A stretch of 64,000 bases of DNA, from assembly GCA_050259035.1 (NCBI GenBank), contig JBLMZW010000188.1, forward strand, positions 58,886 to 122,885. Reading direction: 5' to 3'. The position numbers and the translations under genes were made by a program. Below, piece after piece: positions 29,829 through 40,203 of the stretch; within the stretch, counting starts at the first letter, position 1; every line of letters starts with the position of its first letter. The stretch is from Chitinophagales bacterium (GTDB lineage Bacteria > Bacillota > Syntrophomonadia > Syntrophomonadales > DTU052). The notes below the pieces were generated by a model. It was not told the origin of the DNA and ran no database searches. It saw only the letters and a program-made list of their open reading frames with translations.

Positions 29829-30896
29829 ATGAGAAAAACAACACGTGAAATCAGGGTAGGCAAGGTTAAAATTGGAGCTGGTAATCCAATAGTTGTTCAA
29901 TCAATGACCTGTACTGATACTCGAGATTCGCAAAGTACTTTAGCCCAGATAAATGGATTAATAGAAGCGGGATGTGAACTGGTTAGGGTGGCTGTACCGG
30001 ACATAGAAGCCGCTCAAAGTCTCAAAATAATATGTAACCAGAGCCCGATTCCCGTAATAGCAGATATTCATTTCGATTATCGCCTGGCATTAGCCAGTCT
30101 GGAAGCAGGTATTGGTGGATTACGAATTAATCCGGGTAACATCGGGGCTCACTGGAAAGTTGAAACGGTAGTAAAAGAAGCCAGAAATCGGGATGTTTCG
30201 ATTAGGATAGGAGTTAACTCTGGTTCTATACAACGAGATATTCTGACTAAATACGGAGGCCCTAGCCCCGAAGCTATGGTAGAAAGTGCTTTAGATCATA
30301 TTAGAATCTTAGAGGACTGTGATTTTCATTCAATAAAAGTATCCCTCAAATCATCCTCAGTTCAAAACACCGTAAAGGCTTACCGAATGCTGAGCGATCG
30401 TGTCGATTATCCGTTACATTTAGGAATAACTGAGGCCGGCACTATAGAACGCGGACTTATTAAATCTGCACTTGGCATAGGTATGCTCCTGGCTGAGGGG
30501 ATAGGAGATACATTCAGAGTTTCGTTGACAGCTGATCCGGTAGAAGAGGTATGGGCTGCATATGAGATTTTACGCTCCCTGGGTTTAAGGAATAGAGGGG
30601 TTGAACTGATATCTTGCCCAACCTGTGGACGTTGTCAGATAGACTTGATAGAGACAGCAGGAAAACTTGATAAAGCGTTAAGGAAGGTTAGTAATCCTCT
30701 TAAAGTAGCGGTTATGGGGTGCGTGGTAAATGGACCCGGGGAAGCCCGGGAAGCAGATATAGGAATTGCGGGTGGCAAAGGGTATGGTCTACTGTTTAAA
30801 AAGGGAGAAATAGTTGGAAAAGTAAAAGAAGACGAGTTGGTAGACAGATTAATGGAAATGATTATTAAAATGGGTGACGAGGAGGGGACACATTGA
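29829..30896 (+). CDS. ispG: 4-hydroxy-3-methylbut-2-enyl diphosphate synthase
   Basis: [26 protein letters not shown] and the Fe-S ligand region CPTCGRC. GTG 29820 is an alternative start. Confidence 0.9.
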
Positions 30897-32626
30897 AGAC
30901 TTCCCAGTTAATCATGCCCACATTGCGAGAAGATCCCGGTGATGCCGAAATAATTAGCCATAAGCTATTGGTAAGAGCAGGAATGATCAGGAAGACCGCA
31001 GGAGGGATATATGTTTACCTGCCAATGGCATACCGGGTTATAAAAAAAATAATTGATATAGTACGTCAAGAGATGGACCGGGCGGGCGGACAGGAAGTCG
31101 GTTTACCCATCGTGCAACCGCGTGAACTATGGGATCAATCAGGCAGATGGCAGGTATACGGTGATGAGATGTTTCGCCTTCGGGACCGCCATCAAAGGGA
31201 GTTTTGCCTGGGTCCGACTCATGAAGAGGTTATAACTTACCTGGTAAAGAATGTTGTTAATTCATATCGGGATCTTCCAGTTCTTTTGTATCAAATTCAG
31301 GACAAGTTCAGGGATGAGATACGCCCACGTTTCGGCCTTATGCGAGCAAGGGAATTTATTATGAAGGACCTTTACTCATTCGATATTGACGAGACAGGAT
31401 TAGAAATATCGTACCAGAAGATGTATTCGGCTTATAATAGAATATTCCAAAGAATAGGGTTAGATTACCGAGTAGTAGAGGCTGATAGTGGAGCCATTGG
31501 CGGCAATTCAAGCCATGAGTACATGGTTCTTGCCGGAAGCGGAGAGTCGGTTATCGTATTCTGTGATAAATGCGATTTTGCTGCCAATATAGAAAAAGCC
31601 GAATGCAAAATCACGGATAATATGGTACCGGAAGACATGGGAAGTCTGAAAGAAATCCAAACCACAGGGGTTAAAACTGTTGAAGACGTTGTAAAGTTCC
31701 TGGGAACAAATAGCAGTAAAATAATTAAAACTCTCATTTATCTGGCAGATGGTAAACCGGTTGCCGTCCTGGTTCGAGGTGATCGAGAGGTTAACGAGAT
31801 TAAACTGAGCCATGTAATTGGTGCTAGAGAAATTGTATTGGCCAGAGAAGAAATAGTACGTGATATTACCGGATCAGAAACTGGATCAATTGGGCCCGTA
31901 GGTTTGAATATTGATATTTGGGCTGACAACGATATTAAGAATCTGCGTAATGCTACTGCTGGAGCCAATCGTGATGGCTATCACATAATTAATGTTAATC
32001 CGATCAGGGATTTCAAACCGACAGCATTTGTTGATATACGCAACGCTCAGGCCGGTGATTTATGTCCTCGGTGTGAAGGCATACTTAAGGAAACTCGTGG
32101 GATTGAGGTAGGGCATATTTTTAAACTGGGTAAAAAGTACTCTGAATCAATGAATGCTCAGTTTCTTGATGAGGATGGCAACCAAATGAATATGATCATG
32201 GGTTGTTATGGAATCGGTATATCTAGAACAATGGCAGCTGCGGTAGAACAGAGGTATGACGAAAACGGAATTATATGGCCGATTTCTATTGCTCCTTTCC
32301 AGGTGATTGTTGTTCCGGTAAATATCAATGATTCTGAGCAGGCTAAGCGGGCGGAGGAAATATACTTCGCACTTCAGAAGGCCGGAATTGATGTTCTCTA
32401 TGATGACCGCGACGAACGCGCGGGTGTAAAATTTAAAGACGCAGATCTTATTGGGATCCCAATAAGAATTACGGTGGGACCGAGATCGTTGAAGGAGGGA
32501 AAAGTCGAACTAAAAGTAAGGGGCAAGAATAAAGATGTGGATCAGGTACCATTGGGGGATGTGGTAGCCACGGTGGCTGGAATCATTTCTAGTGAGATGA
32601 ACTGTCAGGATGGTGGTGCGGTTTGA
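30893..32626 (+). CDS. proS: Prolyl-tRNA synthetase (bacterial type with editing insertion)
   Basis: The TTGA overlap with ispG is preceded by [31 protein letters not shown] is present, along with class II motifs and a length of 577 aa. Confidence 0.9.
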
Positions 32627-33288
32627 CAGACTACGAAATTATTCTAAGATTAGCACTGGCCTGTCTGCTTGGGGGGGTAATCGGACTGGAAAGGGAAAGC
32701 CTGGCTCGACCCGCAGGACTGAGAACCTATACCCTCGTCTGTGTGGGATCAGCCCTGGCAATGGTCGTTTCATTACAAATGTATTACCAGTTTCAATCTA
32801 CAGTAAATGCTGATCCAGGTCGTATCGCTGCCCAGGTGGTAAGTGGAATTGGCTTCCTGGGGGCAGGAACCATAATGCGTGAAGGCGCAATAGTTAGAGG
32901 TTTAACTACAGCGGCTGGATTATGGGTTGTAGCTTGTATCGGCTTAGCAGTCGGTGCGGGAATGTTCCTTCCAGCTATTGTAGCAACAGCGCTAATTCTT
33001 TTTGTACTAATCTATTTCTTCAAATTTGAAGGACAGGTTACGGGATTACGAGAGTATAAAGCATTTGTCATGACGGTTATTGACCGGCCCGGACAGGTAG
33101 GGAAAGTTGGCGCTGCTCTCGGGGAAATGGGTGTTCTTATAAAAAACATAGAGTTATCCAGGGTTGAAGATGAAGGTGGACTGGAAATAGAGGTTCTTCT
33201 ACAAATACCCCCCAATATGGATCCTGCCCGGGTCATTGAAAGGTTGTCTGAGGTAGAAGGCGTATATACTATTGAGCGAATAAATTAA
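32623..33288 (+). CDS. mgtC: MgtC/SapB family membrane protein
   Basis: [19 protein letters not shown] and [15 protein letters not shown]. It has a C-terminal ACT-like soluble domain and a TTGA overlap with proS. Confidence 0.8.
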
Positions 33289-33392
33289 CCATGATTATAC
33301 ATACCTGATTGGTTGCATGGACCAGGATATGATTACTCATGGTGAGTACGGTATTCGCGAAGTCAAATACTTTATCGTGAATTACCTTAATC

Positions 33393-36300
33393 ATGGGGAG
33401 AGCCATAGTGGAAATTAAGCTACTGATTGATCAATTGGGGTGTACCATCGATGAAGATCTCACCGGAATCGTGATCGATGATGTAAATGTGTTGCCTCAA
33501 TCCGCTACCTGGTTAATTAATGTCAGAGTTAACCGACTGGTTTCAGGCCAGGTGTGGGCAATAGTAGAGGAAGCAGTTGTTGCTTCTTTCGAAGAAGTAA
33601 TAACTGTAAAAATAGTAGCATTACCTAACAATAAAAGGGAGTTTATAAGTTGGATCTTGACTGAAAGAAGCGAAGAGATTTACCGACTTGTAAATGGAGT
33701 AGGTATTGATTTTACAGATACCTACAAGGCTGAGGTTGACGACGAAGACCTCGTTTTTTGTTTTCTTGATAGGGAAAGCTGGCATAAAGCGATAGATAAG
33801 GAAATTAGCAGTGCTGTAGAAAACTGGTTGTTTGAATCTTACCGAATTCAGGTTCTAGTCAAAACCACTTGTCAGGAAGACTTGATAGAAAAATCCTGCT
33901 GTGAGTTTGTGCCTGCGGTGGAGACTCCGTTGATAGTAATCGAGCCCATGGCCAAAGGCAGAGGTAAAAAGAATGAAAACAATCCTAAACAGCCAGCCGC
34001 AAATTCCGCTAAATTAAGCATCATTTCCGACTTGCAAGAAGGGGAAAGAAATATTCGTATTGAAGGTAAAGTCTTCAATATAGTGGCACGTGACATGAAA
34101 GATGGCCGCAAGGTTACTTCGTATTATGTAACAGACTACTCCGACAGTATTACTGTAAAAATGTTTGAACCGCCACGATTTGATAAGGATAGTTGGATAA
34201 GTGCTCGGGGTGAAATCAGGTATGACAGTTTTGAGAAGGATTTGGCTTTGTTTGCCGATTACATTGAACCAGTTGAATCTAAGACCCGGCGGGATGAGGC
34301 AACGAATAAACGAGTAGAACTTCATCTCCACACTATGATGAGCACGATGGATGCCGTAACCGATTTAGAAGAACTGATGGCGACCGCAAAAGATATGGGA
34401 CACGAATCGGTTGCCATTACTGATCACGGGACAGTTCAAGCATTTCCTACCGCGTATAAGCTGTCAAAGCAGTATGGGATCAAAGTGATTTACGGTGTGG
34501 AAGGATATCTGTTTGATGGACGAAAACAGGACCGTTCCTATCATATTGTCTTACTGGCAGCTACCCAGTCAGGCTTAAAAAATCTATACCAATTAGTGAG
34601 TTCATCATACATAAACAATTTTTATCGTACACCAAGGATTTCCCGCGAAGAGTTGATTAGGTTAAGGGATGGAATCATGCTTGGCACAGCCTGCGAACGA
34701 GGTGAATTAGTAAGGGCATACTTGGGTGGGGCAGATGATTCTGAATTAGAAAGAATCGCAAATTTCTATGATTATCTTGAAATTCAGCCACTAGGGAACA
34801 ATGAATTTTTAATCAGGGACAAGACTCTAAGTTCCCGAGAAGAGTTGATGAATATGAATCAAAAAATTATCGAGTTGGGAAAAAAGATTGGCAAGCCAGT
34901 AGTTGCCACTGGTGATGTACATTTTCTTGAACCACATCACGAAGTATATCGCAGAATTCTGCAAGCGGGAAAAGGTTTCGAGGATTCTGAGAGCCAGGCC
35001 CCTTTATACTACCGGACAACTGAGGAAATGATGCAAGAGTTTTCTTATTTGGACGAAAAAACTGCGTTGGATGTGGTAGTGAACAATCCACGCCTTATAG
35101 TTGATAAATGTGAAAAAATCAAACCGGTTCCAGACGGTAGATTTTCACCCCAGATTGACAACGCGGCAGAGAAACTTACAGATATGGTCTGGTCCCGGGC
35201 TGTTGCAATATATAGTGATCCTCTACCAAAAATAGTAGAAGAACGCTTAAAGAAAGAATTGGACTCGATAACTGGTAATGGATTCAGCGAATTGTATTTA
35301 ATAGCTGTGGAACTGGTTAAGAAGAGTAATGATGATGGGTATATTGTTGGTTCGCGTGGATCGGTTGGATCTTCCCTGGTGGCTTGCCTTGCAGGTATTA
35401 CTGAGGTTAACCCACTTATACCTCATTATGTTTGCCGATGTGGTTATACAAGGTTTATCGACAACAGTGAAGCTTCCTGCGGAGCTGATTTGCCGCGGAT
35501 GGACTGCCCCGAATGTGGGCTGGAGCTTAAAAGAGACGGATTTGATATTCCATTTGAAACATTTCTCGGCTTTGAAGGGGACAAGGTGCCTGACATCGAT
35601 CTTAACTTTTCAAGTGATTACCAGCCAAAAGCTCATAGATTTGTAGAGGAATTGTTTGGTAAAGACCATGTATTCCGATCTGGAACCATATCAACTATTG
35701 GAGAGAAGACAGCTTATGGGTTTGTATTAAAATATGAAGAGCAGTTTGGCAACCGATTCAGAAAGGTTGAAAGAGAACGGTTAGTCAAGGGCATTAATGG
35801 GGTTAGAAGAACTACTGGACAACATCCCGGTGGTTTGATAATTGTACCCAATGAATATGATATCTACGATTTTTGCCCGGTCCAACACCCTGCTGATGAT
35901 GCTAAGTCTGGTGTTATTACAACTCATTTCGATTACGATGCCTTAAAAGGAAGGTTAGAAAAACTCGACATACTCGGCCATGACGGCCCGACGGTTATTA
36001 AAAATTTAGAGGATTTAACCGGCGTAGCAGCCTCTACTATCTCATTGAATGAAACCCGGACAATGGCATTATTCTCTGGCGTTGAACCATTAAGCGTTAG
36101 TAGTAAAGATATCGAATCCGATGTGGGTACCTATGGAATACCGGAATTTGGGACTAGGTTTGTACGCCAAATGCTTGAAGTTACCAGGCCCAAAACGCTT
36201 TCGGAACTTATACGCATATGCGGATTGGCCCACGGAACCAATGTCTGGGCCAATAATGCTCATGACCTTATTAAAGATAATGTTGCTAGTCTAAATCAGG

Positions 36301-37010
36301 TAATAGCGACACGGGATGACATTATGATATATCTTATTGATTTGGGCTTTGATAAACATGAGGCTTTCAACATCATGGAAAAGGTTCGTGGGGGGAAAGC
36401 TCTTTCACCGGAACAGACTAATAAGATGAGAGAAAAAGGTGTACCAGAATGGTACATAGATTCCTGTCATAAGATAGGGTATGTATTCCCCAAAGCACAT
36501 GCCGTAGCATATGTAATGCTATCGTTTCGAATAGCATATTACAAGGTCTATCACCCACTGGCTTTTTACGCAAGTTTCTTTTCCATTCGGGCCTCAGACT
36601 TTGATGATGTAATAGTCCAAGGATATGAAGAGGTCAAGCGCAGATTAAAAGAGATAGATAAAATGGGGCAAGGAGCTTCACCAAAGGACAAAAACCTGGT
36701 GCCAATCCTTGAGCTTGCTTTGGAAATGTATGCCCGGGGATATGATTTCTATCCGGTTGATTTGCATCAATCCGATTCAGAAGAATTTCAGCTTCGTTCC
36801 AACGGCCTATTGCTCCCCTTTTCTGCTTTATCGGGGGTAGGGATAAACGCAGCCCGGAATATCACGGCCGCCCGTTCCCATGGTGAGTTTCAGTCAGTAG
36901 AAGATCTTCAGGAAAGGGCTCATTTAAATCGAAACATAATTGATATTTTAGAGCATAGTGGTTGTCTGACCGGCTTGGCTCAAACCGCTCAGTTTAGCCT
37001 CTTCAATTGA
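33393..37010 (+). CDS. polC: DNA polymerase III PolC-type alpha subunit, atypical: no DEDD exonuclease insertion
   Basis: PolC-specific features in order:
- OB fold (IRIEGKVFNIVARDMKDGRKVTSYYVTDYSDSITVKMF)
- PHP motifs (RVELHLHTMMSTMD, ITDHG, GDVHF)
- PolC Zn-finger insert (CRCGYTRF...CPECG)
- palm motif PDIDLNFS
- C-terminal clamp motif QFSLF

Only about 10 residues (YLFDGRKQDRSY) lie where the roughly 200-aa exonuclease domain normally sits. The start may be GTG 33408. Confidence 0.85.
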   Translation: MGRAIVEIKLLIDQLGCTIDEDLTGIVIDDVNVLPQSATWLINVRVNRLVSGQVWAIVEEAVVASFEEVITVKIVALPNNKREFISWILTERSEEIYRLVNGVGIDFTDTYKAEVDDEDLVFCFLDRESWHKAIDKEISSAVENWLFESYRIQVLVKTTCQEDLIEKSCCEFVPAVETPLIVIEPMAKGRGKKNENNPKQPAANSAKLSIISDLQEGERNIRIEGKVFNIVARDMKDGRKVTSYYVTDYSDSITVKMFEPPRFDKDSWISARGEIRYDSFEKDLALFADYIEPVESKTRRDEATNKRVELHLHTMMSTMDAVTDLEELMATAKDMGHESVAITDHGTVQAFPTAYKLSKQYGIKVIYGVEGYLFDGRKQDRSYHIVLLAATQSGLKNLYQLVSSSYINNFYRTPRISREELIRLRDGIMLGTACERGELVRAYLGGADDSELERIANFYDYLEIQPLGNNEFLIRDKTLSSREELMNMNQKIIELGKKIGKPVVATGDVHFLEPHHEVYRRILQAGKGFEDSESQAPLYYRTTEEMMQEFSYLDEKTALDVVVNNPRLIVDKCEKIKPVPDGRFSPQIDNAAEKLTDMVWSRAVAIYSDPLPKIVEERLKKELDSITGNGFSELYLIAVELVKKSNDDGYIVGSRGSVGSSLVACLAGITEVNPLIPHYVCRCGYTRFIDNSEASCGADLPRMDCPECGLELKRDGFDIPFETFLGFEGDKVPDIDLNFSSDYQPKAHRFVEELFGKDHVFRSGTISTIGEKTAYGFVLKYEEQFGNRFRKVERERLVKGINGVRRTTGQHPGGLIIVPNEYDIYDFCPVQHPADDAKSGVITTHFDYDALKGRLEKLDILGHDGPTVIKNLEDLTGVAASTISLNETRTMALFSGVEPLSVSSKDIESDVGTYGIPEFGTRFVRQMLEVTRPKTLSELIRICGLAHGTNVWANNAHDLIKDNVASLNQVIATRDDIMIYLIDLGFDKHEAFNIMEKVRGGKALSPEQTNKMREKGVPEWYIDSCHKIGYVFPKAHAVAYVMLSFRIAYYKVYHPLAFYASFFSIRASDFDDVIVQGYEEVKRRLKEIDKMGQGASPKDKNLVPILELALEMYARGYDFYPVDLHQSDSEEFQLRSNGLLLPFSALSGVGINAARNITAARSHGEFQSVEDLQERAHLNRNIIDILEHSGCLTGLAQTAQFSLFN

Positions 37011-37088
37011 CCAGGGAGGTGGGAATGATTCGAAAGATGAATAAAGGTAACAGTAAATGTTATATAAATTACCGGGGAGGGAAGCAAA

Positions 37089-37835
37089 TTGGATGAAACA
37101 AGAAACAAAAATATTGCTTGGGCACTGATCGCACTTATTCTAGCCTTGGGGCTCATTATCTCCTCCAGTTTTATAAGTAATGGCCTGGTGAAGTTTAAAA
37201 GCAGTGAAAATACAATAACCGTCACCGGGTCAGCTAAACAACAGATTAAATCAGATCAAATTGTCTGGAATGGATCCTTTTCAGTTCAGACCGGGGATCT
37301 CAAAACGGCATACGCCGAACTTCAGAACAGTCAGAGAAAAGTCAATACATACTTGGTTAGCAAAGGGATTAGCCAGGAGGACATAGTATTTTCTTCTATA
37401 ACAACGACTACTAATTATGCAATGCTGCCAAACGGCCAGTATTCTAATAAGATCGAAGGTTATTGCTTAAGTCAGCAGGTTGAGGTTAGAACCAAAGACG
37501 TGGAAGGGGTCACTCAGTTATCCCGGGAAGCAACTGAACTAATCAATGATGGAGTAGAATTTCAATCCAACGCTCCACAGTACTATTACACAAAAATCGC
37601 TGATTTAAAGGTAAAAATGCTATCCCTGGCAACCAAGGACGCAATGAAACGAGCTGAAGAAATAGCTAAAAATACAAACAGTAGTGTTGGTGGTCTACGC
37701 AATGCGAAAATGGGTGTAATTCAGATAACTCCACTTTATTCTAATGAGATATCTGATTACGGAATGAACGATACCAGTTCCCTGGAAAAAGAGATAACCG
37801 GGGTAGTTAGTTGCACCTTCGAGATTAAAGATTAG
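37089..37835 (+). CDS. SIMPL (DUF541) domain protein
   Basis: N-terminal TM/signal anchor. The C-terminal half (LATKDAMKRAEEIAKNTNSSVGGLRNAKMGVIQI) is typical of the SIMPL/26-kDa periplasmic immunogenic protein family. TTG start with GGGGAGGGA upstream. Confidence 0.7.
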   Translation: MDETRNKNIAWALIALILALGLIISSSFISNGLVKFKSSENTITVTGSAKQQIKSDQIVWNGSFSVQTGDLKTAYAELQNSQRKVNTYLVSKGISQEDIVFSSITTTTNYAMLPNGQYSNKIEGYCLSQQVEVRTKDVEGVTQLSREATELINDGVEFQSNAPQYYYTKIADLKVKMLSLATKDAMKRAEEIAKNTNSSVGGLRNAKMGVIQITPLYSNEISDYGMNDTSSLEKEITGVVSCTFEIKD

Positions 37836-37861
37836 TCAATTGAACAATGCAAAGGTATTTT

Positions 37862-37890
37862 AAAGAGGAGATAAGCTCCTCTTTTTTTCA
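37862..37890 (+). terminator. Intrinsic terminator after the SIMPL gene
   Basis: AAAGAGGAG-ATAAG-CTCCTCTTT followed by a T-run. Confidence 0.6.
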
Positions 37891-37950
37891 TGAAGGTATA
37901 ATTTATAGCAGAGTATAACTAAGGGAACAATATTTCTCCAAAGCCATATA

Positions 37951-38475
37951 ATGTATCATGTACTATTTGTTGAAAAGGAGGGATATTGCCGCAAAATGAA
38001 CAGAAGATCAAAAGATAAATGTCCTCCCTATGATGACTACGTGTGCCCCGAAACCAATCAGGCGCTTGAAACAAGTATGCGGGGAGAAGCCGCCGCAATC
38101 AAATTTTATGCTTATCTGGCTGAGATGGCTCCTGACCAGGACCAAAGAGAGACTATCCTTAAGATTAGAAACGACGAGATAAGGCATTTAAAGAACTTCC
38201 AGGCAGCCTATTGCTGTCGTACAGGATGTACTTATCATTACCCGGAACCTAATGTTGAACCTCCGCGCAGCTATTGCGATGGGTTGCAGCAGGCTTTTAA
38301 TGACGAACAGGAAGCCTATGAATTCTACAAAATTAACATGTTTTGCAATGAAGGACGAGTGAAAAAAGCATATAATGACGCACTACTGGATGAGGCTGAG
38401 CACGGCAGGTGGTTTAACAATCTTTTAATAAGAAACGGATGTATGCATAAACAACATGAACCTCAGCCGTGTTAA
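37951..38475 (+). CDS. Ferritin-like/rubrerythrin-type di-iron four-helix-bundle protein, cysteine-rich
   Basis: Shows the E...ExxH...E...ExxH pattern (GEAAAIKFY; NDEIRHL; DEQEAYEFY; LDEAEHG). It has 10 or more Cys residues clustered at both ends. The start is ATG 37951 or ATG 37996. Confidence 0.6.
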   Translation: MYHVLFVEKEGYCRKMNRRSKDKCPPYDDYVCPETNQALETSMRGEAAAIKFYAYLAEMAPDQDQRETILKIRNDEIRHLKNFQAAYCCRTGCTYHYPEPNVEPPRSYCDGLQQAFNDEQEAYEFYKINMFCNEGRVKKAYNDALLDEAEHGRWFNNLLIRNGCMHKQHEPQPC

Positions 38476-38478
38476 AAC

Positions 38479-38506
38479 ACCCTTCGTGATTGATACGAGG
38501 GTTTTA
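38479..38506 (+). terminator. Terminator-like hairpin after the ferritin-like gene
   Basis: ACCCT(t)CGT-GATTGAT-ACGAGGGT followed by TTT. The stem has one bulge. Confidence 0.4.
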
Positions 38507-38583
38507 GCCGAGCAAAGCGGGGAATAAAGTGCCGAAGAAGTGTGGCCCGTTGGCATTCGCCGACGAGTTTCATTAAAGTAGAA

Positions 38584-38608
38584 CCGCCTCTGATAATATA
38601 TGAGGCGG
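38584..38608. terminator. Hairpin in the convergent gap (CCGCCTC-N11-GAGGCGG); possible bidirectional terminator
   Basis: 7-bp GC-rich stem, 13 nt beyond the stop of the minus-strand permease gene, flanked by T/A-rich runs on both sides. Confidence 0.45.
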
Positions 38609-38621
38609 CTTTACTTTGCTT

Positions 38622-40112
38622 CTATTTTAATTTGCGTCTTTTAAAAAGAGGAATGGGTTGTAAAATAGATGATGGTCCGGAATAGACAGCAAGTTTACTA
38701 TGCCGATATCCATATGCTAAATAAATAGCTGTCCCAATTATCACCCAGACAACAAACCGAATCCAGGTTACCGCAGGTAGGTTAAGGGCCAGGTAACCAG
38801 AAGATACAGCGGATAATATAGGTAAGTAGGGGGCAAATGGAACCCTAAAAGATAGATTCTCTGGAGGTACAATACGTTCTAATACCAGAACCCCAATAGA
38901 TGTAACAAAAAATGCAGTCAATGTGCCGATGTTAGCCATTTCAGCCAGGGCGTAGACTGGAAGAAAGCCACCAATCAAAGCTACGAATATACCTGTAATA
39001 ATTGTGATGAGATATGGACTCTGATATCGAGGGTGTATTTGAGATAAAAAGGAAGGAATGAGTCCATCTCTGGACATGGCAAAAAATATTCGGCTTTGAG
39101 CAAAAATGGTGGCAAAAAGAACACTGCTCAATCCGGCCATAGCTCCTACAGATACGAGGAAACCGCCCCATCTTATACCGGTGGCCAGAAGTGCGGTAGC
39201 AACGGGTGCGGCAGTATTTAGCATCCTATAAGAAACCAGACCGGTTAAAACCAGTGCTACCAGTATATATAAGATCGTTGATATACCTAGAGAGGATATT
39301 ATGCCCATTGGTAGGTTTTTTTCTGGATTTCTTACTTCCTCGGCGGCGGTTGCAACAGCATCAAACCCTATATAGGCAAAAAATATTATAGCAGCTCCTT
39401 TTACAGCTCCGGTAAAACCGAAAGGAAGAAAGGGATGCCAATTAGCCGGGTTAACTCGTGTTGCACCAACAAATAGAAAAACCAGTATAACTGAAAGTTT
39501 AATAATTACAATTATTCTGTTAAAAAGCGAGCCCTGACGGGAACCGCTTATTAACAAGAAAGTTATGACTAGCGTTATCACTACGGCTGGGAGATTAATT
39601 ATTCCTCCTTGCAATGGGGAGGTGGTAAAAAGCTTGGGTAGTGTATATCCCGCAGATTTAAATAATGTAGAAAGGTAAGCAGACCACCCTGCAGATACAG
39701 CTCCTGCCGCAACGGCATACTCTAACACCAAATTCCACCCTACCAGCCAGCCCGTGTATTCTCCTAATGTTACATAAGAGTAGGTGTAGGCACTACCAGC
39801 CAAAGGAATGGCAGTGGCCATTTCTGCGTATATCATAGCAGCCAAAACCGCGGCCACACCAGAGATAATAAAAGAAATAACCAGACCCGGGCCAGCATAT
39901 TTGGCAGCAGCTATCCCGGTAAGAACGAAAATACCGGTTCCAATTATTGCCCCAATGCCGAGAGCTGTTAAGTCAAAAACTCCAAGACTCTTGGTTAGGT
40001 TATTCTTCGATTCATCGCGTTCTCTGAAATCAATGGGTTTTCGCCGCCAAATGCTCACATTATCACCATTATTGGTTTTACCTATCTGTTGGTATTTATT
40101 CATATACGGCAA
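38622..40112 (-). CDS. APC-superfamily amino acid permease (cationic amino acid transporter/YfnA-like)
   Basis: About 12 TM segments, an N-terminal signature LTALGIGAIIGTGIFVLTG, and a length of 496 aa. The start is TTG (40112) or ATG (40103). This is the only confident minus-strand gene. Confidence 0.85.
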   Translation of the reverse strand: MPYMNKYQQIGKTNNGDNVSIWRRKPIDFRERDESKNNLTKSLGVFDLTALGIGAIIGTGIFVLTGIAAAKYAGPGLVISFIISGVAAVLAAMIYAEMATAIPLAGSAYTYSYVTLGEYTGWLVGWNLVLEYAVAAGAVSAGWSAYLSTLFKSAGYTLPKLFTTSPLQGGIINLPAVVITLVITFLLISGSRQGSLFNRIIVIIKLSVILVFLFVGATRVNPANWHPFLPFGFTGAVKGAAIIFFAYIGFDAVATAAEEVRNPEKNLPMGIISSLGISTILYILVALVLTGLVSYRMLNTAAPVATALLATGIRWGGFLVSVGAMAGLSSVLFATIFAQSRIFFAMSRDGLIPSFLSQIHPRYQSPYLITIITGIFVALIGGFLPVYALAEMANIGTLTAFFVTSIGVLVLERIVPPENLSFRVPFAPYLPILSAVSSGYLALNLPAVTWIRFVVWVIIGTAIYLAYGYRHSKLAVYSGPSSILQPIPLFKRRKLK

Positions 40113-40203
40113 TGCCAGTTTTTACATTACGGATAAAGATAAACTGGAGTGTAGGTTATTCCGTAGAGACATAAATAATGATATAATTCAAACGAAGGAT
40201 AGT

